Assembly: GCA_051362555.1 (NCBI GenBank)
Contig: CM120647.1
Location: 18,390,651-18,454,650, forward strand
Reading direction: 5' to 3'
DNA length: 64,000 bases
Source of the DNA: Lingula anatina
Taxonomy: Eukaryota > Animalia > Brachiopoda
Shown in pieces: positions 47,592-61,066 of the stretch. Position 1 is the stretch's first letter. Each line of letters starts with the position of its first letter. The translations under genes and the position numbers were made by a program. The notes under the pieces are model-generated. The model was not told the origin of the DNA, searched no databases, and saw only the letters and a list, made by a program, of their open reading frames with translations.

Positions 47592-50500
47592 TTATTCCAA
47601 CATTTCTTGTTTTCTGTGACCCAATCTCTCGTGCACCATTTCATGTGTGTTATGGTCGCTGGAATTATTAAACCGTTCGCTACAGTAACTACAGCCAATG
47701 GGCTTCTCCCCTTGATGTACTCCCATGTGTGTCAGCAACGTGCGCTGCTGCATGAACCGCCGCGCACACACCGTGCACGCATGGGGCTTGCTGTTGGTGT
47801 GTGTGCATTTGTGAAGATAGTAAGCACCAGGTGTGTGCGCCTCCGCGCCGCACAGCTTGCACGAGAAGGGCGGCCGCCTTGCACCGTGCATTTGCTGGCA
47901 GTGAATGTATCTCATACTGGGGGTTCTGAAACGCCGGGGACACATGACACACGGGAACCGTTTCCTCTGGATGTGAATGTCCATGTGGCACAATAGCTTC
48001 GTGTACAGGAGAAACTTTCCTCCGCAGCGCTTACACTTGTGCTTCCACTGCTTCCTGTCCTGCTGTTCACTCTTGATGTAGAACGGCTGCATCTTAAATC
48101 GGAGACCCCCGACGAGCTTCTTCAGACGAAACTGCATGGACTGTTGCGCGGGCTGCTTGGGAGTCAGGGTGCGATTGTGCGACTCTTTCATATGGTTGGT
48201 GTAGCCGATGAGGGTGAGGAAATCTTGGCCACAGATGTAGCAAATTTTTAGTGCACTCTTAGCCTTGTGAACGAAAGCCTTGTGTCGCTTCAGGCAGTAA
48301 TGGGTGGTGGACACATATTGGCAACCCTGGAAGGTGCAGCAGTGGACGCGATTTAGGTGACGCATTAGGAACACTCTCTGTCCAAACACCTGGAATGGGA
48401 GCAGAGATTGACTAAGACTGCTGTGAAATCAAAATATTAGGGGCCATTTTCAAAATATAAAAGGTGAAACTTGCACAGGTAATTCAATTGTGACCAAGTT
48501 TGTCAGAGTGAACAGACGAAACTGTCAACAGGTAAATCAAATGTGTGGATCTATCATATGAAATCTTTTTATCTTACTGAAAACTGAGTTGGTTATGCTT
48601 TACAATGATAATGTTTAGTTCATTTTTATCTGAAAATGATATATATATACAAAAATTTTAATATTTGAAAAATTGAGGTCTTTGAAAATTAAGTAATATT
48701 AATAAACAATGAAATTTATTTACATACAGAGATGCATTGTTTCAAAATATCTTGCTTAGAAGAAAAGACATTTACAACTTCATGACCATAATTTTCAAGT
48801 ACCTTTCCACATTCCCTACACACATTCTTCTTCTTCGTATGATTGGTCAGTTTATGCCGAGTCATTATGAACAGCTTGTTAAAGGTATCCTCGCACTGAC
48901 CGCACCTATAGATGGCAGTGGGAGGTTGTCGGCCGACTGGAACAATGGACGCCCTTCGCAGATGCTTCCTGTACTGTTGCTCCGACTGAAACACTTCACC
49001 ACAGACTCCGCAGAAATGCTTCGTTGGGGAGACATCTTTGTTTTCTTCACTGTAGGAATCGGACTTGGGCCCTGTTTGGGTGTGTTTATACACCATGTGA
49101 TGCCGAAGTTGAAGCACTGAGAGTCCTTCAAAAGAACACCCCGGAACGGAACAGGCAAACAAAGAAGATGAAGATGGTGAAGCTGTCATGGCAGCCATGT
49201 TTTTAACAGCATTTTCTGGTTTGACCTCTGATTTTGGTCTCAACTCCGCACCTCCAACCATCCCCTGGCCTTCTAGTGCACTACTACGAGGCTTCCTCGG
49301 TGATCTTTTAAATGGATGATCCTCATGGAGATTTTTGAAATGTTCCCGTAAAGTTCTTTTAGTTTTGGCAGCGTAGCTACAATTGAGTTCTGTGCACTTG
49401 TACTTCCTGTCAGTATGAACACGCTTTCTGTGCTCTTTGAGGCGTTCTCTCTTTTGGAAAGTTTTGTTACATACCGGGCACTCAAACACTTGATTTGTAA
49501 GAGAACTTGGTCTTGCTTTCTTCTTTTTCGGCCCCTTGGGGTTCTTTGGACTTTCTCCTGGCTTGGCTTTACTTTCACCAATAGCAAGCGATACATCAGC
49601 CAGAATTTCCAAAGAATCGGAAGCTTTTTGGTTGGATCGAAGCTTATGAACCCTTCTCCGATGTTCATAAAGCCGTGCTTTTTTCTGAAAAGTTTTAAAG
49701 CAGACATCGCAGTCAAATAAATTTTCTCCTGGTGATTTGTCACTTGAAGTGTCAACCCCTACCCCATGATCTTTCACATGGTGATCATATAATTTTTCCT
49801 TTTTATGGAAACTCTTGGAGCAGACGACACAGCTGAAGGGACCCGGGTTGGTTTCATCTTTCAGGTTACCCCTGCTCTCTTCCTTCTTGACTACTTCCTG
49901 CCTGTCCTGTCCTTGTCCTTGTGGGGTCACTTGAAGGTCAAGGTTAGTCCCTGGAAAGACAGGCTTTGATCGAGCAACTCTCAGAACTTCATCAGACTTG
50001 GGGATGTCTTCAGGGCTCGCTACAATTTCAGATCTCGGAATAGATTCTGCCCTCATTATATCCTCCAGCCTTTGTGTGTCCTCTTGTTTAATGCCTGTCT
50101 CTGACCTTGACAGCATCTCTGACCTTGACAGAATCTCTGATCTTGGCAGAACATCTGATCTCATTACAGCCTCGGCCCTTGGCATGGATCTGGGCATCAC
50201 CTCTGACCTTGGCAGAGCATCTGACCTTGATATAACATCTGGCCTCTGCATCACATCTGACCTCTGTAGCATATTTGACCTTGAAATGACATCTGACCTT
50301 TGCATTGACTCTGGTCTCAACATAGAATCTGGTCTGGAAATTGTGCTTGGTCTCTGCATTAGATCAGATCTTGATGCGACTTCTGACCTTGGATTGACCT
50401 CTGACCTCGGGTCACCTTCTTTGGGTCTGCCATACTTATAATAGTCTTGGAGAAGGGGGGCACCAAAATGCTGCATTCCTGGTAGTGGGACGTAACCTTG

Positions 50501-51100
50501 CGACTTTGCATTTCCTGGAAAATGATTCAATGTTATCAGTATGATAAGTGCATATCAACTAAACAAATACTTATCAAATAGTGAAAAATCTGCAGGAATA
50601 CTTCATGAACTTTCAAAAGTTTTTCAAAATTATGAAAACAATTTTGGTTTTAAAAAACTGATAATTATTAAAATGATAGCAAAAGAAGCAAACAGGTGCA
50701 CAGGAAATGCTACCATAGCAACTTGCTTGTCTGTTCAATGCCAGGTCTTTCAGTCTCGCTCAACAAGTCTGATTTACGTTAAATATAAATCTTACAAAAT
50801 TAATACCAAATTGCTGTAACAGTTATAAGCATACTAAGCTTTTTAAAATCCGGGAGTATTTAACGTACCTGTGTGATAAGGAAAGTGTTGAGGATTCTGC
50901 TGTCGCTGCACAGCATAGTTTCCCACCCCTCCATGTGTTGCCGCTCCTCCCATGTAAGCAGCACGTGCATATGCAGATATTTCATCGGAGCCCGCCATTG
51001 CAAAACTGCGCGGGAGGTGGTCCAGGGAGTCAGCTTGTTGGGAATCTGGAACTTTGTTCCCCGTCGGTGCTGTGGGGGCGGTAGGCCAGCTGTGGTCCAT
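47592..51100 (-). CDS. Multi-C2H2 zinc-finger protein, ~913 aa, 3 coding exons
   Basis: Exons 51100-50869, 50514-48803 and 48389-47592 are in frame. The splice CRECGK|VFGQRVFLMRHLNRVH completes a finger. About 15 CxxC...HxxxH fingers with HTNSKPH/HQGEKPI linkers. Confidence 0.9.
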
Positions 51101-52183
51101 GACTAGCAAGGACTGGAAAGTTTTTTGTTTTTTAATTTTCAATTTTCAGTTGAAAGGGAAATATGTAATCTAATTTTTTGTTACTTGATAATACAAATAT
51201 TCTAGCACATGTGGGATAGAAAATCTACCCATTTTCACATATAATACACATTTTGTTTTTCTACTGACAGCGCTACTATTTAAGCCACACAATGAACATG
51301 AAACCTTTAAATAACACAAATTTTACTCCACTTGAAATTTCTCACCTTGTGGCATTATTACGTGTTAGGAGAGTCTAAACTGTTTCAATACAGTAATTCT
51401 AAATACTGCACTATTTCTGCTTCACATTATACTTACACTTTATGTTTATCTAAAAGAAAAGTTTGATTGGTCAAGGCCTGCTTGCAGTCCATATATGTTG
51501 TATTAATTTGTGACTTCTTTCCATTAATGGCCCTTGTGGGAAGAAAGAAAGAATGTGGATTAAACTTCATCTCATACAAAGGCAGTCCTACAAGTTCTAA
51601 AATGTTCACATTTTTCAGGTTTAATACTGTATACGAACATCAATTCACAAATTAGAATTACAGTTGTCTTTCTTAAATTCTTATCCCCAAGAATCTCTTT
51701 CTTTTTCAGAAAATGCAACTTCTGGTTTTTATACATTTAAAAATTTAAAGGAATGCGGCATTCATGGTTTGAGGGTCATCTGGTGTGTGTGTGTGCGTGG
51801 GGATATTTTATCCAAACAGTAGTGCTCTAGCACTTATAACAAATCTCATTAATCTGTGTTTAGTTATTTCATACAAATGCCTAATATTTAACGCTCATGG
51901 CAGCAAAAATGCCATATGATGTGCAGACAGGCTGGTGCAATCATAATCCGTATTTACAATCCATGATCAAAAAGCCAGGATAAAATGTTTCCCACAAAGC
52001 CATTCTCAGGCATGAACAATATGAAATGTTGGGAAACCTTGAAATGGTCCATAAAAGATGACTTCCACCCTACAACAAAACCGGATATCAATTCATAACC
52101 CGTACAAACAGCAATGAATCATAAAGGCAAACTTGGCATCTAGGATGAACCAGCAGAGCAAGGTTTCCATTTCTATATGAAAC

Positions 52184-52322
52184 ACTTAATAATTAAATAA
52201 TATTTTCAGCTGTGTTTTACTTTAGACTAAGGCCCCATTCAGATCAAGAAGATCACTTAATAATTAAATAATATTTTCAGCTGTGTTTTACTTTAGACTA
52301 AGGCCCCATTCAGATCAAGAAG
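52184..52322. repeat. 71-bp tandem duplication spanning the left end of the adjacent MITE
   Basis: CACTTAATAATTAAATAATATTTTCAGCTG...GGCCCCATTCAGATCAAGAAGA occurs twice back to back. Confidence 0.9.
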
Positions 52323-52609
52323 AGTGCTAGCTAGGCCGCGACCTAAATATGGCAGACCTACATGAAAGGAAGACAGCTTGATCCTCTAATGGTCTCTCCG
52401 CCTCTAACATGGCTCCCCACGCGTTGTCCCTCAACCGGTTGAATAGAGCCGAGATTTAAATACTGTGCCCCTGCAGGGATCATGCGTGGGGAGGCATGAA
52501 AGAGGTGGAGAGACCAATACAGGATTAAGCAGTCTTCCTTTCATGTAGGTCCGCCCTATTTAGGTCGCGGCCTAGCTAGCACTCGACTCTTCTCGATCTG
52601 AATGGGGCT
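52302..52609. mobile_element. Fold-back MITE with ~125-bp inverted arms (Harbinger-like termini)
   Basis: GGCCCCATTCAGATC...GAGTGCTAGCTAGGCCGCGACCTAAATA...CCTACATGAAAGGAAGAC mirrored by GTCTTCCTTTCATGTAGG...TATTTAGGTCGCGGCCTAGCTAGCACTC...GATCTGAATGGGGC. Confidence 0.85.
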
Positions 52610-54693
52610 TATTTGAAACTGGTAATTGATCAATGCATATTTGTGGAACGAGACCGAGTAGACCAATTAGCAAATCAGAGAATGCTAGATCTTCCAGTGA
52701 AATGAAACGACCTACAATTTCTCGACAACTTGGTCCAATTTTTAAGTGCTACAGTAAGCTAACTATTCTATACTAAATGTAGACTTCGGTTCAGTCCCAG
52801 AAACTTTTAGAAAGCTTGTAGATTTGGTAAAATCATGCTCATTAACGAAATTTCAGATCAAACGACGAATGCATTTCACGCGCATTTCCACGCCAAGATA
52901 CTAGAGTAACGTCATGTCTCTTAATCCGAGACCTCAGTAGCACTTATAGATGCAATTTGGGATAAAATTTTACCCACCTCTCCCAGCCACACCAGGGGGT
53001 CAGAAATGAACAACCTTGACCTTCAGAATAACTTTCCTTCCTCCAATGCCGCGAGAATTGTGCTTGCTGTGCATCGAACACATTTAACTACCCCCCCCCC
53101 CCCGTTCCCCAACTGTACGTCTTCATTCTTTTCATTTTCAACAATGAACAATCACAATTGATGAAAATCTTTTAGTTAATTACTATGTTAAACTTGCTTA
53201 TAAAAATTACTGATACGTTTTTTTTTCAATAATTCATTAGTACAGCATTTCATATCATTGGTACATGTACATATATTCAATAAAGTTGATTTAACTGCCA
53301 TATAATCTTGTTGTAAAACAATGAAAACTAGTGAAACAAAACATCTGCTTAATTTTTATTTCTGGATATAAGCACCTACATAACATATAGCATGTAAAGC
53401 ATGTAAACTTTCGCTTTGATCTATTTGGTTATCCATTCTCATAACTGCTGTCATCCCTTCAAACATATTTTGATTTAAAATGCTTCAAACATTTTGATTC
53501 AAAATGCTCATTGTTTAAGGCATTATCCTTCTTATATTATGAATATGATAAACTAAAGAGCAACACATTTTAATAATCTTACTTCTTGCAAAACTGATTT
53601 TTTAAATTTAACATTATTTGTACTTTAAAGTTGAACAAAGAAATTCACTTACATTAATTTTGTGTCTCATTTTAGTCAGTAAACTTGGAATTTGTTGGTT
53701 CAAGTTGAACTTTCATTCAAAAATCCATTTCAAATGAAATTAAAAATACAACCTGTGTGTTGACAAAAATTCAAACTTGCAACTACTATATGGTGATGAC
53801 TCAATATTTTAAATGGGGAACACTGGAATAAGTATATTAAAACAAGGTTCAGCCCGAGCTACATAGGGCACCATATGCTAATGATAGCTTTCTTTCACCT
53901 CTGACACTTGGAATGACCAAAGGAAAATAAAATCTAGTAGTAAACTCAAAAAATGTGACAAAAGCTAGACAACCCGGTATATATCAGAAATAATACAATA
54001 TTACAAAAATGATGCAATCATAAATATAATTTCTAAAAGTTTTTAAAAAGTCCATCCCAATTACATTTTTTACCTTGTATGCTTTTAATTCAGAGATTCA
54101 ACATAAATGTTGTCGATCAAAATATAGTATCACAACCTTTTGCCTCTGACTTAAAATTACAATAATTTTTTATATTAATATAATATATAATTAAAACACT
54201 GAGTATGTATACATGCTGGATAAAAAAGAAATTAGATCTATGTTTGTAAATCTGCAATAATCAATCATAATAAATGGCACTAGGTTACAACAACAGTCAC
54301 ATTCATGTTAATGGTATAACATCAATTTCTCTTTTGAGAGATGCACAAAAAAATAAGATTCCGTCGTCATTAAATTTACTATGGAATACAGAGATAAAAT
54401 GTTTGTGCAAGTATATTTTGACAAACAGACGCTTCCCTCCGTCTTTATCACATTAAGCATCTTATTAGCAAAATAACAAACAATCTTATTGGACATGAGC
54501 ATATTTGCAATTTCAATGTGCAATATGCAATTTTTTTAAAAACTAACATCTACCCTGCTTTGACTCAATGATTGGATATACATATATTTAGTGTATATTC
54601 ATTAAAATATGAATAGCAATTCTTCTAATCATTCTGCATACAACTATAATCATTATGTCAATAACAATAGCAAGATAATTAACAATGACAGCT

Positions 54694-54861
54694 GAGGGGC
54701 GGATCCAGAGATATTTTCTGACAGTCTTCCAAATTATCTTTGTTGATCCATCTACCATTTTTGACCGTCTTCCGACAGAAAAAATTAGATACCCGTCAAT
54801 GTTAACTTGAAAATCTGACCAACTTCCAGAAAACCCAGAAGACAGCCTAAATCTGCCCCTG
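54694..54861. mobile_element. Small hAT-like MITE
   Basis: TIRs AGGGGCGGAT / ATCTGCCCCTG. A related terminus CAGGGGCGAATCCAGG occurs at ~432. Confidence 0.5.
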
Positions 54862-55875
54862 AATGATATCAAAATCTAAAAGCACCATCAGTAATAATAT
54901 ATAATACTACACAGAACATAGTAGGCAAAACTGATTTCAATTAACAAACAATGAAATATACTGGTAAGACAAATGTAATCTAATAATTGCATAAAATGTA
55001 ACAAAATAATTGTGAACTGGAATTCTGAACACAATGAAAATAAAATCTAATTCATGGGGCAGATGACTCAGTCTGACTATGTCAGATAACATATTAACAA
55101 TAATTCAATCTGTCCAAAACTTAAAAGTAATAAAAATAAAAGGAAAGCATACAAGGCAATATTGTAATAAATGCTAATCACTCTAGCATGATATTAATAC
55201 AAATTGGGAATAAGCAGAATTGTGACACAGACTTCTGATATATGGCACGATTTTTCAACAAAAATGTATAATTTAAAAGAAATGGAAACGCAAAAATATA
55301 GCTTTGAAGTCAGAAACAATATTGCATTGTCTCTTTTCATAAGCTATCCAAACAATCCCTTTGTTTTCTTCCACTTTTTATGCCACAAATTCCTTCTGAT
55401 AGTGAAATTATATATTATGAAATTCAATGCAATAATTAAGGCAAATATGACAAACTGACGAAAATTTATAAATCAGAGAATGCATGAACTCATCTTGAAA
55501 AATACAATTTCTTGAATTTGTGTAGGAGGTTCAAATGATAAAAGAAAAGCTTCAAAACTGAAAATTATAGGGATTAATAAGTTTTTAACCTAAGACAAGA
55601 TTTAGGTTGAGGTGGATTTTTTTTACAATAAGGATTAAATCATCCCAAAAGTTTGTTGGAAATGTTTGTCTAACCAGAGGTAGAACAAGACTGTCAGCCT
55701 TGCTTAGATACACAAAGCTAAGATCATACATACCTTTATAAAAGTTGAATATGAGTATGGACTAGTCTTTTCTATAAAAACAGAAATCCCATGTATATAA
55801 TGGAGGTCTGACTGCAAAAATAAAATTGAGGAACTATCCTTGGTTTTAAAATCAAATAATTATATTATCAATTTA

Positions 55876-56394
55876 CTACACATGAAGGCTGCCTTCCGCA
55901 TTAACGGCACCAGGGTTGTATTTGACAACAGGTTCGGGGGGCAGCAGGCTCTGTCTCTCCTCTTCTGTGCCTACCTGGTCCTTCTTTCTTCCTCCCATCA
56001 CGCAATAAAAGATTATGATGTACACCAAGTACAGCAGTGCCTGAAAATTAATTAGAACAATTTTCATTGATAAGTTTACTTTAAAACTGCTGCTTATTTT
56101 ATCAAATATTTTCCTTTAATTTTCTTTTTGACATGAGGCCATATGCAAACACAGTGACTTTCCACATTTTAGGATATTAAAAGTTTTTACCTATCATTAG
56201 CAATACATTTCTTTTTATTTATTCTAATTTTCTTTTTAGCAACTAAAGCAAAGGGGTATTTAATATGTCATTTGAATTTACAGATTAATAAAATAATGTA
56301 ACAACTACATAAATTTTTATCTGTTAAAATAACAAGGACTTATTCAAAAGAGAGCTGTACATGTATGGCTGTGCATGGTATTGTATGTACACAT

Positions 56395-56457
<63 letters not shown>

Positions 56458-56609
56458 ACACGCTCGTGAAGACACAATGTGAAAGTACTTGTAGCTTTAA
56501 TACAACAAAGAAACAGCCTAAAATAGGCTTGACAACATATTCTGCTGGTCACATATGCAATGTGTGTTTGTATGTGCATGGGAAAACATCCATTCTGGTG
56601 TGAACATGT

Positions 56610-56667
<58 letters not shown>

Positions 56668-56983
56668 ATGCCCATTTCTTACCACAGTGAAGCTGCAGCC
56701 CCCCACTATAGCTGCTGCCATTTCAAACGGCAGGCGCTCTGTTAGCAAACCTCCAATTGTGGGTCCCAAAAATGCCCTAGCAATTAAAAAATCAACCTTT
56801 CGTCATTTTTTAAAATCAATATTTAAATACACTTTGCAGAATTAAAAAATAATTTCAAGGAGCAGATAAGTACTGCTGAAATACTGCATCAAACCCTAAC
56901 ATCTCCAACATTCTGTTTCTTATAAAGAAATAAAACACACACAAAACCATTATATAATTTTAGAATACTAGCTAAATAATAAC

Positions 56984-57017
<34 letters not shown>

Positions 57018-57860
57018 GAACACCCTTGAAAATTCAACAAGAGGAGTTTGCCACTCACCCCAATGAAAATGCAGAGCTAGTTATTCCAGAGATCATCCCT
57101 TGTGTCTCAAATGTCTCAGGAAAACCAAGATAACTGGAAACAAAAGCATACTGTACATTAATAATGTATCAACCTGAACCCTTTAATTGATCAGACTAGT
57201 ACTATAGATCGCTTTTAAGTGCACTGTCATTTTACATGTAATGGCATAAATATCATGAAGCAAAAAGAAAGTTATATTGTTTCTGAAATTGTCGAATGGT
57301 ATGAACTTAATGTGGCATGTCATACTATATTATAATATTTTAACTACATACAATAACAGCTAAAAGTGTTTTTCTTAATCTTTGTAATATAGAGTCCTTT
57401 CTAATAATTAAAGACATTCTATGAAGAAATCAACTTATTTATAAACTCCCCTCCCTAGCAAAAAAAAAAAGAAAAACTTATCTATTATACAGCAGCTGTT
57501 TTTAAGCTTATCTTTAAATCACTTGGTATAAAGAAGTGTTGGGTAAAAGTGCATGATACAGTTCAATATGATTCACTTAAGTGACTTATGGCACTGTGAC
57601 TTTTTTCAAACGGGAAAATTGAAAGACAGAATTGGGTCAATGTGACCTCATTTCCCATATAACTGGGCAGACTTCATTTCCACCAGTCATGATATTACCT
57701 GGCTTCTTCAAACAGGTCAGTGAAGACTGGGATGAGGGCTCCGCCTACACCCAGCCCCATCACTGTGAGCCCTACTATGGCGATCCACAGTGGTCTGAAA
57801 CATAAACATTGCAGGATATTATACATGGAGGCAGTACTTGGGAAATGATGAGGCAAAAAA

Positions 57861-57898
<38 letters not shown>

Positions 57899-60772
57899 GT
57901 GTGTGTGTGTGTGTGTGAAGTTAAAGAACTTCATTATTATTTATATGTTCTGCTCATGCCTTTCAGTTTCACTAAAACAAATGTACAGATATTCAAGATT
58001 TTCATCAATAAATCTGGTATAAAGGACAAAATACAACATGTGTACATTATTATCTATCTCCTAGCTTATCTTTTTTATTCTAAATTTCTTCCTTTTCAAG
58101 GTGTTGTGACAAAGTGGGATCCATGTAGCCAAAAGCAGCAACCGCTTAAAGAACTTAACTGTCAAAAACAACTCACGCTTTTTGATTTGGAAAGAGGTTT
58201 TGAATTGGTTGCCAAGGCCCCATCAATATAAACCCAGTGCCACCAACAATCATCCCTAGTATCATCATTGTCTTAGTACGTTTCTGAAAAATAAACTGAT
58301 TTTAAAAAATCAAAACCAAAAAAAATTATCCTTACAAATGAAATATCCCAGCCCTCACAAATATCTTCAAAATAAGTGAGTCAAAAATTGGACACTTGGA
58401 GTGTTAAAGTAGATCACTATCTTCTCAATAGGTTTGGAAAGGTATCACTTGGTAATTGAAGGAAAAATGTTGAAATTTCCAGAAAATTCACAATTTTGCT
58501 GTACAAAAGTCACACACTATTTGCTCATCTTAACCTGCTTCAAAACACTCACCGTTTTATCAGCCAAGTATCCCCACAGCGGGGCTGTAAATGCATACAT
58601 GCCTGGGGCAATCAGAAACATGATGCCTATAAGCCAGTACTTGTCCTTCAGTGAAGGATCCAGCTAGAAATGGAGGAATACAAGCATGTCTATTTTTACA
58701 TGTATTTAACACATTTTCATCTGTGTGCTATTGCGTGCACATGCATGTGCATGCCTGCATACATGTGTGTACAGGTGCATGTGTGGGGGGAGTGTGCATG
58801 CATTCAAATAGTATCTAGTGCTCATTAATTATCTCATTAATTTTCTCATATGCTCATAAATTAATGATGAGCTTAGTAAGTTGGATTTGCAGTAAAAAAT
58901 GTCACATTTATTATCCCTTTTCTACTCTCTATAAGAAAAAAAGACATTTGATTTTTTTGGACACCCAGAAAAAAATGTAGACTATTTTTTTATTGGTATG
59001 TTCAAGTGTACATTGTACTGGGTATGTTCATCTAGTATTTATCATTTAATAATAATAATGTACATGTATTAATCAATATTAATGAATATCTAATATCAAA
59101 AGTAATGTTAGAAAATCTATTATACCTTTTCAAGGTGCTGTGACAAGGTAGGATCCATGTAGCCTAAGCCAAATGCAGCAACCGTTATTAAGATCAAGGA
59201 CAGAATTATAGAGGGTGCTTTGAACAATTGTAGCATATTTTTCCTCTCCGTTGGTGCATCTATGAGAGATAAACAACATTAAAAGTAAATTACAAATTAC
59301 ATGCATTCAATAATATCACATCATATTATACAGAACTCGTAAGTTCTGCACGGGTTTTATAAGAAATGCATTTCAATTTAACAATTCAAAGATTTATATA
59401 CTTCCTACAGTCAACATGTGGATACATAAACTTCAAATTTTTTTATCAAAATTCTAATTTTAATTTATTATTAAGTTTTCAACACAGCACACTTACCATC
59501 CTGAGGTGGAAGAAGGGCAGCAGACATAAGTCCAATCAAGATCACCAACGAACCCATCACAAAAAATGGCAGCCTAAATCCACCAAGTGAATAGAGGGCG
59601 CCACCCAAGGCTGGTCCCGCCATCATTCCAATGCCGCTGAAGGTTTCCAAAGTGCCCTATGGAAAAACAATTACAGGTAAATGTTGAACAATAAAACAAA
59701 AAAATTAAGATATCAAATAGAAAACAAATGACTATTGATTGGTTGGTTGATTGGTTGATTAATTGATTGATTAATTGGTAATTGGCTAGCTGGTATTAGC
59801 TGATTGAATGAGTGACTGACAAATTAATAATAGACAGACAAACAGACAGAGAGATTAATAAGCAAATATATGGATAAACTTACTGCTTCATATTTAGAAT
59901 TTGCGGAGCAACTGAATTATAATTATACTTTTATATTGAAATCCAGAAGCTTTTTTTGCTATATAATGATACAATGCTCACTGTTTCACTTGAATTACTA
60001 CACAGTTTATTAATTCATTTTGTTTTGATGCAGCACACTTGCAGCAAGCAATACTTTTCATAATGAGTTTGAAAAAGAAACCAAACAGAGGCTGACCTAG
60101 ATTGAAGACTCTAAGAGGGGCTCTCAAGAAATCTCAAAAAGGTACTGTCATTTGTAATTATTTTAGTGTAGAATATCAAAAGATATAAATATAAAATGAT
60201 CACAAATAACACTGTAGGTGAATACATACAAAAAATATGAAAAACTGCACATAGATCACACAAGGGACTTTTTGATTCCTTTGTTCAGAAAATCCAAAAT
60301 GGCCACCGTCAAGAGAGACCAAAAGATCTGAGAAGACTGCACACATACAGAGTCCAAGAGTAATACAATCAACTCTTATATGTGTACCAGAATATGTTTG
60401 CATGGCAATGAAGTTCAAATTCAAACTCCCAAGACTGAAACTTAGAGCCAGACCACATAACTAAGTTCATAAATAGCTTGTGTCCCATTTACTGACCACA
60501 GCTGACCCCAGAACAACTTCAGCTTCCTAAATTTAGAAAAATTCAGGGATTGTGGCAACCTGCCACCCACAGAGGAGATTGTCAAAACTAATCTGATTAA
60601 CATCTGAACCCACACCCATTGAATTTGTCCTGTGGCTAAATATAACCATAACATGCTGTATTGTAGCTGAGGTTGCATATCAACTTTTACAATATTGTAC
60701 TACACTATGTGTGGTTATCATTGATAGTGTAACAGATACATGACTTGTGTGTTTGTAGTGCACAGTAAAAAT

Positions 60773-60826
<54 letters not shown>

Positions 60827-61026
60827 CACATCAAAAAGGATAAATAAAAAGTTATTAAAAAAAACCACTTCTGAATCAGCACTCACCATTAACATGGATA
60901 CTTCATTAGGGAATGTATGGGCAATAATGGCCCAGCTGGCCACTATATACAGGGAGCATCCCAGAGCTTCCACGATTCTAACCGCAAAGCACATGCCCAC
61001 ATACACAGAGCCAGGGGGACTACCAT
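55876..61026 (-). CDS. SLC18B1: MFS transporter SLC18B1-like (vesicular polyamine/amine transporter family), 3' exons only; 5' part lies beyond the window
   Basis: Exons 61026-60887 (VGMCFAVRIVEALG...AHTFPNEV), 59656-59497 (GTLETFSGIGMMAGPALGGALYSLGGFRLPF), 59259-59126 (GYMDPTLSQHL), further exons ~58660, ~58280, ~57790, ~57130, ~56775 (AFLGPTIGGLL), and last exon 56040-55876 with dileucine EEERQSLL. Confidence 0.85.
56396..56666. repeat. Two (GT)n microsatellites (56396-56455, 56614-56666)
   Basis: Direct reading. Confidence 0.95.
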
Positions 61027-61066
61027 CTAAAAAACTTAAAAAAAATACAGATATATATATAAATAA

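Noticed and set aside
47607-50441. Overlapping and antisense ORFs across the zinc-finger gene (similar ones over pol, env and GOSR2)
   Set aside because: Shadow ORFs of GC-richer real coding exons, with no independent motifs.
56340-56845. HT/VC dipeptide-repeat ORFs
   Set aside because: Translations of (GT)n microsatellites in SLC18B1 introns.
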